DNA of 64,000 nucleotides from Nemertoderma westbladi (lineage: Eukaryota; Animalia; Xenacoelomorpha): assembly GCA_032718475.1 (NCBI GenBank), contig JAUCBJ010008130.1:53636-117635 (forward strand). The letters are read 5' to 3'. A model generated the notes under the pieces. The model was given only the letters and a program-made list of their open reading frames with translations, was not told where the DNA came from and ran no database searches. Both the position numbers and the translations under genes were made by a program. This document shows, one piece after another, positions 35,701 to 48,700 of the stretch; the stretch's first letter is position 1; every line of letters starts with the position of its first letter.

Positions 35701-37702
35701 CACCAATCCGTCGTCCATATAGAAGTTTCTCAAGATGGACTCGATGACTTCTACTGGATACTTACCAATCTGGGCTGTTGCCGTTTTCTTTAGAACAGAC
35801 AGCGTGCCGTTTGGACTATCGCGGGCGCCAAATATCCTAACGTACATTTGGTATGTAACCACTGGGCCGGATAAGTCTTCTTTCTCGTACCAGAGAAATC
35901 GAAGGCTATCCTGGTCTGCCTTACAGGCTCTTACCTGGTGGAACATCGCCTCGATGTCACAAGTGAATGCGAATCGCCGCTGTCTAAAACGCAACAGTAT
36001 TCCTATCAAATAGTTATTCAGGTTGGGTCCATCCATCAACTCTGAATTCAGGGACATACCTCTATAGACTGCTGCGCAGTCGTTGACTACTCGGACTTTG
36101 TCAGGTTTGTCAGGGTGAGTCACATAGTGGTGTGGGAGGTAATAAGTCTGGTCTGTCACTAAGTCAGGGCCTTCTACCTTCCCAGCAAATCCCTTGGCGA
36201 AATAGTTGTTGATCTGGGCGCAATACTTCTCCCTAATGTCCGGATTCTTTAACAACCGAGCCCTTACTCCATTCAATCTTTTCAAGGCTAAGCTGTAGTT
36301 GTTCTCCAACTTAGGAGGTTGTCGACGCCACAACATTCCAACTTCAAAATGTCCAGTCGGTAGCAGACGTATGGTATCTTCCATCATCTCCAGTGACCGT
36401 TTCTCATCAGTAGACATAGCTAGGTCATATCCACCGGGTTCCATTGCGTCCCTATCCAGCCATTCGACGGTTCTGGCTCCTGACTCGAGGTCCTGGCGTA
36501 TCAATTCCTTCTGTAGCTCCTCCTCACTGTATTGGAAAATGTCTAGGTCTCGATATTTAGCCACTTGACCCTCCACTATGTTGGTATAAGTCAAAACGTT
36601 ACTCAAATAGGTAGCGTGGGCCGCTGAACCAGACCCACGGGTCTGATAACAGTAGTCCTCGGGTTCACTATCTGTCTGGTCGTTGTGAAGTGGTCCGACA
36701 ACCTAACATTATCGGGAATCAACTCCTCGTCCGACTCGCTAAAGTCACTATAGTGGTCAATACAGGTTCTCCTAAACTCGTCTATGTCTGGTGGTTCTAC
36801 TAACGGTGGTTGAGTTATAGGCTGTAATTCGTCGTATCTGTCTATTGGCTTGTCGCCACCTGTAAACTCATAAGACATGGGTACTCTTGTATACCAACCT
36901 AGTATGGTCCTATGGGCATGTGGTCCATTGACATGCGGCTCAGCTGGTCTCGTTTCCCATATCTGGTGTGCGATCAGCTGTTCTGCACCAATTAACATAG
37001 AAACATTCCTATAACCTACCTGGTGTCTCGGTATTCTGAGCTTGTCAAAATACTCCTGTGCTATGGGACTCATCGGCGGCACCTTACCTAACTGCCTGCC
37101 GAATCCCTTCATAGCTAGACACTTAAATCCGTCCAATGGCAAAGCTTTCCGTTCTTGTCGAGTATGCTGGTCTCTTGGAAGTAGGGAGTCTAGTTCCACC
37201 GAAATTCTGTGTCCCTTGAGGTCTCCTACCCCGTGCATAGACTTGAACTCTATTTGGATCTCCTCGGCGTCCTGGAAGCTAGAAACGGCTCTCGCCACTT
37301 CCTCGTCGATATATGATAATGTGGACGCAGTGTCCAACATCACATATATTCGCTTCGATCCCTTATCTCCAGTAAGCTTCACCGGAATCACGCTAAATAT
37401 TTCCGACGTGGCCGATGATAAATACGTCCGCGCGCTGGTCGATGAACTATCCGCAGTGAAACCTTGGCAGGTCACCTCTCTTGCGCTCAACTCGCCATCC
37501 TCGTCCGACGAACCTGGTTGATAACCATCGTCCTGAATGCCGGTATACGTATTTCTTCTTATCGATACGGGTTCTTTGCTCCCCTTCCTTTGAGGATTTC
37601 GCTGTAAGTAACGGTCCGTTGGGGTATGGAAATCCGCATGTAGCAACTTGTGATGTAGTCTGCCGCATTCCATGCATCCGTCCTTGCTGTTCGGGCACTG
37701 CC
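32796..37702 (-). pseudogene. Element B PR-RT-RH-IN, broken by frameshifts/stop
   Basis: MLDTAS protease; CDIEAMFHQ..FYMDD RT; FSDAS..NPAD RNase H; GVDCFGP, SDKGTNF, GSWERL integrase; breaks near 36605, 35575 and 34034. Confidence 0.93.
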
Positions 37703-37712
37703 GTCATACATG

Positions 37713-38270
37713 GCATGGGCAGCCTTGAATAGGCTTTCCAGGATTTGGAAGTCACCTAGAATTAATCGGAAACTTAAGGTCCGATTATTTAGAGCAGCAG
37801 TAGTTCCAGTACTCCTCTACGGGAGTCCATGCTGGGCTCTAACTGCTGAGGACACCAAATCTCTGGATGGCACATTCACAAGAATGCTACGCCGGGTACA
37901 TTGTGTCAAGTACAATGCACACATCTCCAACCAGACACTATATAACATTGGAGGTGTCTCATTGGTTCCCCCAAGCTTGACACTAGAACAAAATCGCCTC
38001 CGCTTTGCAGGACATTGCTTTCGCCGTGAGGACCAGCCAGTGCATAATCTTGTACTTTGGCAGCCTCATGGAGTGAATAAGCATGGTGGACAGCCCATGA
38101 CTTTCTTGAGACGCATCTTAAAGGACACTGGCCTGGAAGATGCGGATGATCTAGCAAATGTCATGGGTGATAGGGAGTTGTGGCGGTGCAATTTTGTTGA
38201 CAAGCCGGCACAGCATTCTTAAAAATGCAGCTGCAATTCAGCATGCCGATCCTAGTAGTAGATCCTAGTA
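37713..38270 (+). mobile_element. 5'-truncated RTE-clade LINE inserted in the Gag knuckle of element B
   Basis: LKVRLFRAAVVPVLLYGS..RLRFAGHCFR..DRELWR RTE C-terminus, TAG-repeat tail, 10-bp TSD GTCATACATG (37703-37712, 38271-38280). Confidence 0.93.
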
Positions 38271-38345
38271 GTCATACATGACCTGGCGCAAGACATGCCC
38301 AACAGGTATCCAACGTCCGCACTTGAACTCTTCTCTGTTCCGAAT

Positions 38346-41300
38346 TTAATTTTTGAACCGTCTGCAACTATCTAACTTATGGTCGTCAGATCTTACCTCC
38401 TTTAGTAAACAGTATTGGCAACCTACAAATCCATCCGGCAACCCCTGTTGCTTTAACCTAGGTCTATCTAACCGCTCACCTGACCATACTCGCGAGTCTG
38501 ATCTAAAGGCTGGGGTACTCGAATTATATCTGTCTACTGAGTTAAATGTCACAGTGGTCCTGTCATCGTCAAAACTTACCATAGACTTACCGGTAACAGG
38601 TTTAGACTCTCTCATATTCTCCTCTGAGAAGTTTGATTTCATCTCTGCTACTGCGTCTGTGACTATCATGTCATGAATATGCTGAAGTGTCAATACTTTA
38701 CCTTGGCCCTCCAACTTATTCTCTAATTTGCGCCATTTCTGTCTGTAACGCATGTTTAAATGTCTTATTACGCTCTTTAAAACTTCGGCGTGATCACCAT
38801 GATGAGGTAGATTCACCGTCCTCAAGATGTCCAACGCGTTCGAAATAGCGTTCGCTAAGTTCAACAGCTCTAACGGAGTTGTAATCTTTCCGCCCTTACC
38901 CAAGTCTTCTACTATCAACTGTGCCATCTTGGTTTTATTCCCGTAGATGTCGCTAAGCGTCTTCATTGCTAACTCGAATGCTCTTTCATTGCCAACGAAG
39001 TTGTCAGCAATGGCTCTAGGTTCTCGATGGAGCATTTGAAGCAAATAGTTGAACTTCTCGTTGGGAGTAAAGGTGCTGTTGGTTAGCTGCTCGTCGACAT
39101 AGGTTTTGAAAGTCCTCCAATGCTTATGGTTGCCCATAAACTTCTGGGGTTGTTGCGTCGGCAGTCCTTGCCTTGCAGCAAACTTACCTATGTCCCTAAG
39201 GGTTGCGTCGTTCTGGGTTAACAAATGGTTTAGTTCTGCAGGGTTGTTAAGTCTGGTCCTTTCCCGGGGATTGAGACTTACCTGCTCCGCGTCCGTCCTT
39301 CTTTCCTTATAGTTTCGGGACTTCTGACGTCTCATGTCTTCCTCTTCATCACTTGATTCGGTGTCAGTCCTTAGCGCTCGCGTTGGTTTGCGTGCCGAGG
39401 CCCTGACCCAAACATCTTGTATAAACTTTTCGGCTGAGTTTTCGAAATTGGGATTATGGATATTCGGGACAGGCGTCCTTACCTGAGGTCTATGTGGTAT
39501 AGTCTCCTCCGATATGCGTACTCGTTGACTAGGTTGGACTTTATCTAACTCAGGCTTGCTAGGATTAGAATTACCTCTTACCTGGGCTGCTTCCTTTAAC
39601 CGTAGGTTGCTAAGCATGTCCGTTATAGGTTGGATGTGCGGTGATATAGCTTGCGCTAAACTAGCACTTAACTCATCCCTCGTAATAAATTCCTGGCTAG
39701 GGTTCTGTTGTATAGTCGGCTCTATCTGAGTAATCCGCTGTCTCTCATATGATCCCTCTTCCGGTTTAACCCGGAAGTTCTCCGTCGAACTGGGTCGGCG
39801 CTCCGTCCGCGTATTCCAAACCCGCGGGTTCGGTTCGCCCAATACTCGGCCTGTCGGAGTTTCTCTAAACTCTTCGTTCTCGCGTTCCATGTATAGTGGT
39901 GCGGTGCGATGATGCGCTGGATTCTGCGTGATAGGTGAAGCACTAATACCAACTGGCGTGCGATATGTAGAGAACGGTTTAGCGATCCGTGTACTCGTAA
40001 TAGCTGGACCGGGTATAGGAATTCTGGTCGTCATTGACTCGCGTATGGTCGGAGTTCTCGCTTCCTGTTCGGCCTTCTGCAGTGCGAACAGTTCTCGCAA
40101 CTCAGTCCCTACACTCGCCCCACATTCTTCGATCATTCGCATCCCCTTCTCGGCGATTTCATTCGCCTTCCTGGTCCGTTCCTCGCTCTCTAGGTTTAAT
40201 CTCGCACTTTCCAACTGCGCCAGTTTACGTTCTTCTTCTTCCCTCGCTCGTCGTGCTGCGCTCTCTTCTTCCACACGCGCCTTCTCTTCATACAACGCTC
40301 GTCGCTCTTTCTCGATCTTGAGTTCGCGTTCTTTGCGTTCGCGTTCCTTGCATTCGCATTCAAGCTCGAGTTCGCGTTCTTTCTGTTCGCGTTCAAGTTG
40401 GAGTTCGCGTTTGCGTTCCTTGCGTTCGCATTCAAGTTGGAGTTCGCGTTCCTTGCGTTCGCATTCAAGTTGGAGTTCGCGTTCCTTGCGTTCGTGTTCA
40501 AGTTGGAGTTCGTGTTCCTTGCGTTCGCGTTCCGCTTGCTCACGCTTACTTATTTCTTCCAACTCTCTCAACTTCGCGTCTAACTTACGTGTTCGCTCCC
40601 TTTCCCGCTCGGCTTCCTTCCGTGCTTCCGATGCACACAAAACTTCCGCCTGCTGTTCATCCAGTCGGCGTCTTCTCTCCTCCACCGAGTTGTGAGAAAC
40701 AAGGGATCTAGCACATATAACTTTACCTCGTGCGTGACTAACATGGGAATCGCCACTGTCTCTAGATGCATCATCGGGTGGAGTTAACGTTCTCTGCTGG
40801 ATGTTCTCCGTCGTCGGTAGCACCTGGCCCGGTACCACCACTCCACTCTGCATCAGCCAGCTGGTAACTTCCCGCTGATACCTGCGCTCCTCCTTATCCT
40901 GCGTTTCTTCCCGCTCCACTAAATTTCTCAACTCTGCGTCACTCACCTGAGTCGCCTGCGCTTGTGATGCCCATAGCAGCCAGTTCTCCGTCCTAACTCG
41001 TCGAAATCGCTCCGATAATGCGCGGTGCTCCAACAAGGCTGCTAAAACCCTGTCGTAAATCCTCGTCGCCACGTCGCTCGACTGAGACTCTACTGCCTTC
41101 TTTGCTAGGACTGCAAGCTCCTCCGTCTGTTTGAATAACGCTGAGTTGTATCCTTTTCTAATCTCTACTAACCCTTCCCTTCCGATGTTCGCTGAGTCGG
41201 CTAACATCTTCCTTACCTTGTCCGCCGTCCGGGTTATATGTCCGGCATGCGCGCGAAGTTTCTTCTTTATCGCGATATCAAGTTCTCTCTCGCTTACCTG

Positions 41301-41693
41301 ACTCACACTTGGTGGACTTGAAGGATTATTTCGGGAACTAAGGGTACTCCTTACAGCCGCTGGGACCACGGCACTTACCATACCCACAGGTCTGGAAACC
41401 GGGCTCCGGGCTCTCGCTTCTGCTACACTACCCTCCCTATCACTCACCTCTGGTTGGGTTGTAGTACAATCCTTCCTTACAGTAGCGGTAGGGGATCCTA
41501 ATACTATTACCTGAGGTTGCTGTTCTTCCTCACTAGTTACTGTCTCGTCCTCCTGTTCACTTACATCAGCGTCACTCACTGCGTCGTCATAGTCGGCATT
41601 GTCGTCAACAGTAATATTAACGCTATCGTCAGTCGGCGGTCCTGCCGCCGTCTCATAGCTGTCCTCTAGTGCCTCCTTCTCTGAGACACTCAT
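38346..41693 (-). pseudogene. Element B Gag (1115 aa up to a frameshift/stop)
   Basis: Coiled coil with 33-bp ERELQLECERK repeats, DUF1759-like KFMGN..W..F..EKFNYL, Cys/His knuckles continuing in another frame. Confidence 0.88.
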
Positions 41694-42850
41694 AGTCTAA
41701 ATAATATTTGCCTTCCGGCAAAAATATCTCGCAAAAGTTCGAGATATATATATAATTTAATCGAAATGCGATTAAATTATTGTCAAATATCCAATTGTCC
41801 AAAATGTCAAAATAAATTCGCAATGCAATATTGTGAATTTAATAGGATCTAATTTTAGCAAATACCAGTACAATATTTAAACAAAATATTATTCTATAGT
41901 TATTATATAGTATTTAAATACCGGTATGACACAAATAATTTTTTGAATCTAATACAAAATATTTAAAATAAACTTGCCACCTGAATATTTCTAATTTTAC
42001 ATAGATAACTCTAATCAACGCAATTTTGATTTCAAATATTATATGTATCCACTAGCGCGTGGCTACATCTTCGGGTTGCGACTCTCTCTCTCTCTAACTC
42101 GAGCGATTCAAAAACCCATGGTCGGCTAAACCTAACTATCCTAACTAATAAATTGAGTTCAGCTTCGCAGTTAAACAACCGATAATTTTTTACTGCTTCC
42201 ACAAACACAATGGTGCCAACAGAACAACTAACCTTGTTTGCTGTGAGATTCCACGTCCGCGTCCAAAGTTTCAGTCCTTTCGCTGATTGCAAACCGAACC
42301 CGCAGACCCACACGAACCCCAAACTCAGAAGCTCCGTCTTGCCATGTATCTCCAGATGGTATAAAATAACTAAGCGGTTATCCAACATACCGGTACAAAA
42401 CTCTAGATTTTATTACAAAATAATTTTGACCAAAACTGAATTCTCACAAACCTAGCTAAAAATTTCAAAAAACTTACTAATTACGGCCTGCCCTAACGGC
42501 CTAAGGAACCGCTGTATCTGCGATTAGTAAACGCACTACCGTATATCCACTGTATGCAATACAGTAAGTAAAACAGTACACCAACCTAACAGCCTAATGA
42601 ATACTGTGTGCGGTACACCAAAACAAATGTCCTTTCTACTTGTACGCAGTAACAGCAATCAGCCTAATGTACTACTGTACTATTGTACGCGACCAGTGAA
42701 TACAGTAATCTAAACTAACAGCCTAAAGGAATACACTCGATGTTCTACTGTACGCAGTACAGTGCCTAATACTGTGATCTAATTCGTACTTACTGTACGC
42801 AGTACAGCAAACAAAGCATCCTTTACTGTTAAACGAACTACCCCAGCCTA

Positions 42851-44978
42851 ACCAATAAAGACACAAACTGCTCTATTTACTAGACGGGGCAATCAGGAGC
42901 GTATAATTACTAATGTAGGGTTCAGGTACGGAAACCCACTACTTACCGTTGGATGGCGCTAATCTGCCGTCCTGCTAATATATTTTACTAAATTTCTACG
43001 ACTCCTTCTAAATTCTCGTTCCTTTCTCTATCAATTGCTCGATAGAGAGCTAACTGTTCGAATATATGAGCCACGCGGGAATAACCAAAACAATAAACCC
43101 GAATCGGCTCCCTAAGCTGACTTAAAACGAGTGTGAGAGATTTGACACTCAGAGTGTATTCTATAGCCTAATATTACTGTAAAATTGCGCTTACAACTAC
43201 GTCCTTTCTAATCGCATCTAATCGCAATACTGGGGTTCCCTAACGGAATGTGTGAATGTGAGAATATTTAAATAATCAAAAAATTGATGCAGCGTTTATT
43301 TTGGGACTCAGGCTTATCTGCGGCTGGCTTTAGGCCAGCAATTTACTGATGCGCGCTGCGTACTGTATACTACGATGTGAATTTTGTCCGCTAATTCAAA
43401 TAACCGCCCAGTGTGAATAGTGTACGGTACTCTAAATTTATTACCTAACTACCCTCCGCTATGCAGCGTACAAATTCTTAATTTTACTAATTAATTTCAG
43501 TCACAAATATGTAACGGCGTACTAATTACTAAGTATTCCAGAATGCGTAATTCTAAATTATTACGCAACGGGTCACACTAGCAACAGCCTAAAATACCGT
43601 ATTATTTTCGACCTAATCAGAAATTAATTACAGTAAGCTAAGAAATAGAAATCAATCAAAGGGAAAGAGCACCTATCCAAGCATTCGTGATTTATTAGGC
43701 ACACTTTAGTAAGCACCAATCAGCATTCAAACAACAATCGCAATCTACAGTTTAGCTAGCAATTCACAACTCGCAACTCGCAACTCGCAACTCGCAACGT
43801 AAAGGATGCAGATCTCTCCCGGCTACGTCTAGGCTTCCTAACTAACCCAATTCCCGTCCCCCTAATACTACAAAATAGAGACAAAACCTGGATCATCAGC
43901 CCCTAATTGCCGAGCCGGCGTACCTGACCCACTCTACGCTGCAACTTGCGCGCAATAGTAATCCCCCCAATGTTGCTTGTCTTTGAATCCTCCGCACTCC
44001 CGTCGTCGCTAACCCCCCGATGCGCCCGCCGCGCTTACCGGTACCCTAGCCCTCAATCAGAATGAGTAGCTACCGTAGCGGCACATGCAAATCACAAAGG
44101 TCTGACAGTCTGAGAAATCCCGTAGGATTATTGTCGAAAGAAATCACATAGAACTATTTACTAAAGGGTAGAAATCATAGTTCCAACTTGTAATTAACAG
44201 CGATCATTGAGATTGATTGAGAAACACAATAAGAATCAAACAGAAATTGCAAATTTACGAATCATTGCAAGAAATCAATAAAGGGCAGTAATTTACACAG
44301 AAAAACTAAGCATCGAATAATAGTTGAAGGTGAGCTGTGTGGGGTGTGGTGGATGACTAAGGATGTGTAAGCTGTGCAGACAATGGAAGTACGCCAATTT
44401 ATAGGTGATTTGAGAAGGGTGATGCAATCGATCTCTCATTGGCTCCCCAATCCGAGCTAACATTAGACCAGCCTGGAAGCAGTTCGGCCAATAAGAGAGC
44501 CGGATTGTGGGCCTATAGCTCCCTGAAATCGTAAATTGCCACCATATAAGGTAATTTTCCCGATGCTTAATTTGGCGCTACTAATAATATCATGCACAAA
44601 TATAAATTTAGCGCAATTATAGAGAAATTAAAACCAATAGCTAGCCTCATCAAGGCTAATAACGGCAAGCCCAGATCCAGGGTCCAACAAGGACTTGCCA
44701 CCCTGGAACTATCTACTTATATCCTATTACAAAACTACATAGGTAGGGCTACATACTATACAAAATGGATGAGTTCAAAATATATGGGCGTTTCAACTTC
44801 CTTATCTAAATATCATTGCGCATTATGCCTTATCTAAATAATTATACTGCATCACGGACTAATATATGATACTATATAATGAACTAATATATTATACTGT
44901 ATAATGGACTAACATTATTATACTGTATAACGGACTAATATATTACGTAATGTAGGTACAGCGCCATATACCGTAACA
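42851..44978 (-). repeat. 5' LTR of element B (2128 bp shared portion)
   Basis: Begins TGTTACGG on the minus strand; matches 25768-27888. Confidence 0.92.
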
Positions 44979-45300
44979 GACTGACTGACTGACTGACTGA
45001 CTGACTGACTGACTGACTGACTGACTGACTGACTGACTGACTGACTGACTGACTGACTGACTGACTGACTGACTGACTGACTGACTGACTGACTGACTGA
45101 CTGACTGACTGACTGACTGACTGACTGACTGACTGACTGACTGACTGACTGACTGACTGACTGACTGACTGACTGACTGACTGACTGACTGACTGACTGA
45201 CTGACTGACTGACTGACTGACTGACTGACTGACTGACTGACTGACTGACTGACTGACTGCCTGAATGACTGAATGACTGACTGACTGACTGACTGACTGA

Positions 45301-45345
<45 letters not shown>

Positions 45346-45727
45346 TGACTGACTGACTGACTGACTGACTGGCTGGCTGGCTGACTGACTGACTGACTGA
45401 CTGACTGACTGACTGACTGACTGACTGACTGACTGACTGACTGACTGACTGACTGACTGACTGACTGACTGACTGACTGACTGACTGACTGACTGACTGA
45501 CTGACTGACTGACTGACTGACTGACTGACTGACTGACTGACTGACTGACTGACTGACTGACTGACTGACTGACTGACTGACTGACTGACTGACTGACTGA
45601 CTGACTGACTGACTGACTGACTGACTGACTGACTGACTGACTGACTGACTGACTGACTGACTGACTGACTGACTGACTGACTGACTGACTGACTGACTGA
45701 CTGACTGACTGACTGACTGACTGACTG
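44979..45727. repeat. (GACT)n microsatellite with GGCT/GAAT variants
   Basis: Read directly; separates divergently oriented elements B and C. Confidence 0.98.
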
Positions 45728-48700
45728 TGTAAAGGCTTTTGCGGATATAACTAGTCATTTTCCCCGCAAAGTACTCTGTAGGTGATTTAGCGGACATAAA
45801 AAGCCGTTTTCTTACTGTGTAGGTGTTTTAGTGGACATAAAAAGCCATTTTTCTGTATGTGTACTTTAGCGGACATAACAAGCCATTTTATGCCGCAATA
45901 CGCCAAAATACTCTTAATACAGTGTAGTTCAGATGACGACATCTATCAGCTGATATGTCGATGTGGAGCTTTTTGGCTTTCTTTGTTCGGCTCACTCGAC
46001 CAATCAGAGCGATTTTCATTTTATCTTGTACAGAAGCCTACGGAAGATCGCGCAATGCATTATGGTCTTTGTTTACCTTTTTTCCTGAGCCCAGAACATC
46101 GGCTTTGGAATTATTCTGTGTTTCAGACTTTAGCCAAACATTAGAACGGCTTTGATCATAGAAACGTATAACTGTTATCAAACCTGATCACATACAAGCA
46201 AATCAACTCAATCTTTCACCGCATCATTTTACTGCTATTTACTGTCGGTTATTAATTGTTATAAGTTGATGGATATGTTGTTATATTTGGAGAATATCGA
46301 TAAATAATCATAAAACCCCAATCTTCTTGATATACTAAAGGTTAGAGAGACCGGTTACATATAGCAATTGCGACTTACATTATATTGGTTTTGGAGTGAA
46401 TTGAATGCTATTTCATAGACCCTACATGTGTCAGTTGCTGTTCTCCTTATATATGATCAAATTTAGTGAAGGTCGGCAGATCAGTGTGCAGCAGTGTGCG
46501 GTAGTGTGCATGAATGTGATAGATAACAAAGCATTTCCTAAAGAATGCGCCTTATACGAAAATCAATAGCCATCCTGTTGCGTTTAGTGTAAGTCATAAC
46601 TCTGTTTACATACTTAGAGCGCCACGTCCTAAAGGAACTGTTAATATTTCCCGAAAGTGAATAATATTTGTCAGAGATATTGTAGTAACGAGCAATTGAA
46701 TAATACAGTAAGTCTACACCGCAATAAGGTCAGAGCATCCGAATCCAGTCTCCCTTAACCATGGGTGAATGGTCGCGCATAGGCTGGCTTCGGCTAATGT
46801 AACTTTATGTGTATCAAATACTTGTTATAGGCTAAAGTCGATTTATAACCTAGAAGACACCTAAAATTGGCAGGTTAAACTGCTAAAGGTCTAAAAGCGC
46901 GAACAATAACAGTTATTCTTTCTTTATTGCAACGTAGGCAATAAAGGCAAAAGTACCAGTCGACTGGTACCCTGTAGGCCTAACTACCTAACCACCCGAA
47001 CCGGTACTTACAGCAGTACAGGTACTAGTATTATTTCGATTGTGATATATTGTATATTGTAGGCTGTTAGGGGATTAGGGATTGATCACCCCTTATTCCT
47101 TTGTATGGTTTACTTATTTCTGTCAGTTTTATTTATTTGTAGGTTAATATTGAACAGAAGGCGTGTAAGCCTGCTCAGATTGTACAAGTAATTTGTAGGC
47201 TGGATTGTTGTCTGATTATTGTTAAGTCTGAAGAGATTGCAGTGTGTGTAGAGTGTATGTCCGATAAAGTACTAGTTGGGAACGTGGGGGCATCCAGTGC
47301 TGTAAGGTAAATCCCCCCCCCCCCCCCCCCCCGAAAGAATAAGTCGTACTACTCGGTTAGAACGCATACTAACTAACCATTTCGGAGTCTGCACATACTG
47401 TAGTTTATTTAGGCTTGATAGTAGTCTGCCAGCATTTGGTTTGTATTTTGTTTGTGTAGTCTGAACGGGTAGCGTAATATTTATTATCCAGAGTTTATGC
47501 GATTATTCGCAACATACACCACCCCAAGGTCATTCCTACAGTAATTGTGCTTGTTATACATACCGTTATAGTTAAATTAACCCCGGTACTACATCAGGGC
47601 TGTTTGGCGTAGGTAAAGACTGGTGATTTTATGCTCTGGTCACTCCGGCAGATACCGTGGTTCTTTTAGCTGCACAAGTATTTTTAACTGCTGGTTATTT
47701 GTTGTATAAGTACTTGTACCTAATTTAGGGTTTAGTGTACAGCGCTTTCCGAAGGTAATTAGTTTGTAGGCAGTATATTTGTGTTGTAAAGTGGTTAATA
47801 GGCACGTTAGCTATAGTAGGCTGCGGTAATTAACTTCTAGGTAGGAACACTCCGGGTACATAACGTAGTACTTATAGCGCTACGGCTATAAGTCGTCAGA
47901 CGGTGGTATTTTCTTATCTAGACAACGCAATATATTTACTACTGCTTTATTATTTTCAAATACCGTAGTATCTTGTCCGTTTGTAATAACCAGATATTCT
48001 AACTCCTTGTTAGGCTGGTTTGTAGATTCCCTGTAAAATTAACCCTAAAAATTCGTACGTGTAATTTTTGTGTTTATTTAGAGATTGTAATCTCACCCCG
48101 TAATTGTACGTAATTTGTAGTAATAAGTAACTTAGTAAATTAGAATTATTTGTTTTAGTGTCCAATAAGTAGCACTACACTGAGAGCGTACAGCTTCTTT
48201 GTAGTGACTCCTTACCAGAAATAATAACATTTATTTCAAATATTGTAACAAAACCCATTAAACGGGTATATATATATTATAAATCAACTCAAACCGATTT
48301 ATAAAATAGTAGGCTTGTCATACAACAATTAGGTCTTAATATCAGTTGGAATACTGCTTAAATAACGGTAATAAAGTAAAGTAAGGTAACTAAGTAACCC
48401 TAAAATTCAGAAATTCAATTATTCTAAAATAATTGACGTACCGGTATTTACGATAGGCTTATTATATTTATTTCTATAAATTTAAGCTGAAATTATATAC
48501 CGGTATTCTGTAATTAATTCTAGTCTATAATTATACTTATATATACTATAAGTGTAAGCTGTATACCAGTATTCACGTTAGGCTTATTATATATCTATAT
48601 ATTTGCGCTGAAATTATATACCGGTATTCTGTGACGAACCCTAATATTCGATCCGTAATAATACTTATATATACTATAAGTGTATACCGGTATTCTAATA

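Larger units (their letters stand above)
25768..44978 (-). mobile_element. Full-length BEL/Pao LTR retrotransposon B (19.2 kb) with extra ORF
   Basis: Two ~2.1-kb direct repeats, gag-pol fragments in BEL order, GACTG on both flanks. Confidence 0.93.

Noticed and set aside
44592-44837. 81-aa ORF within B's LTR
   Set aside because: Antisense to the element, and its ATG is absent in the other LTR copy (ATC)
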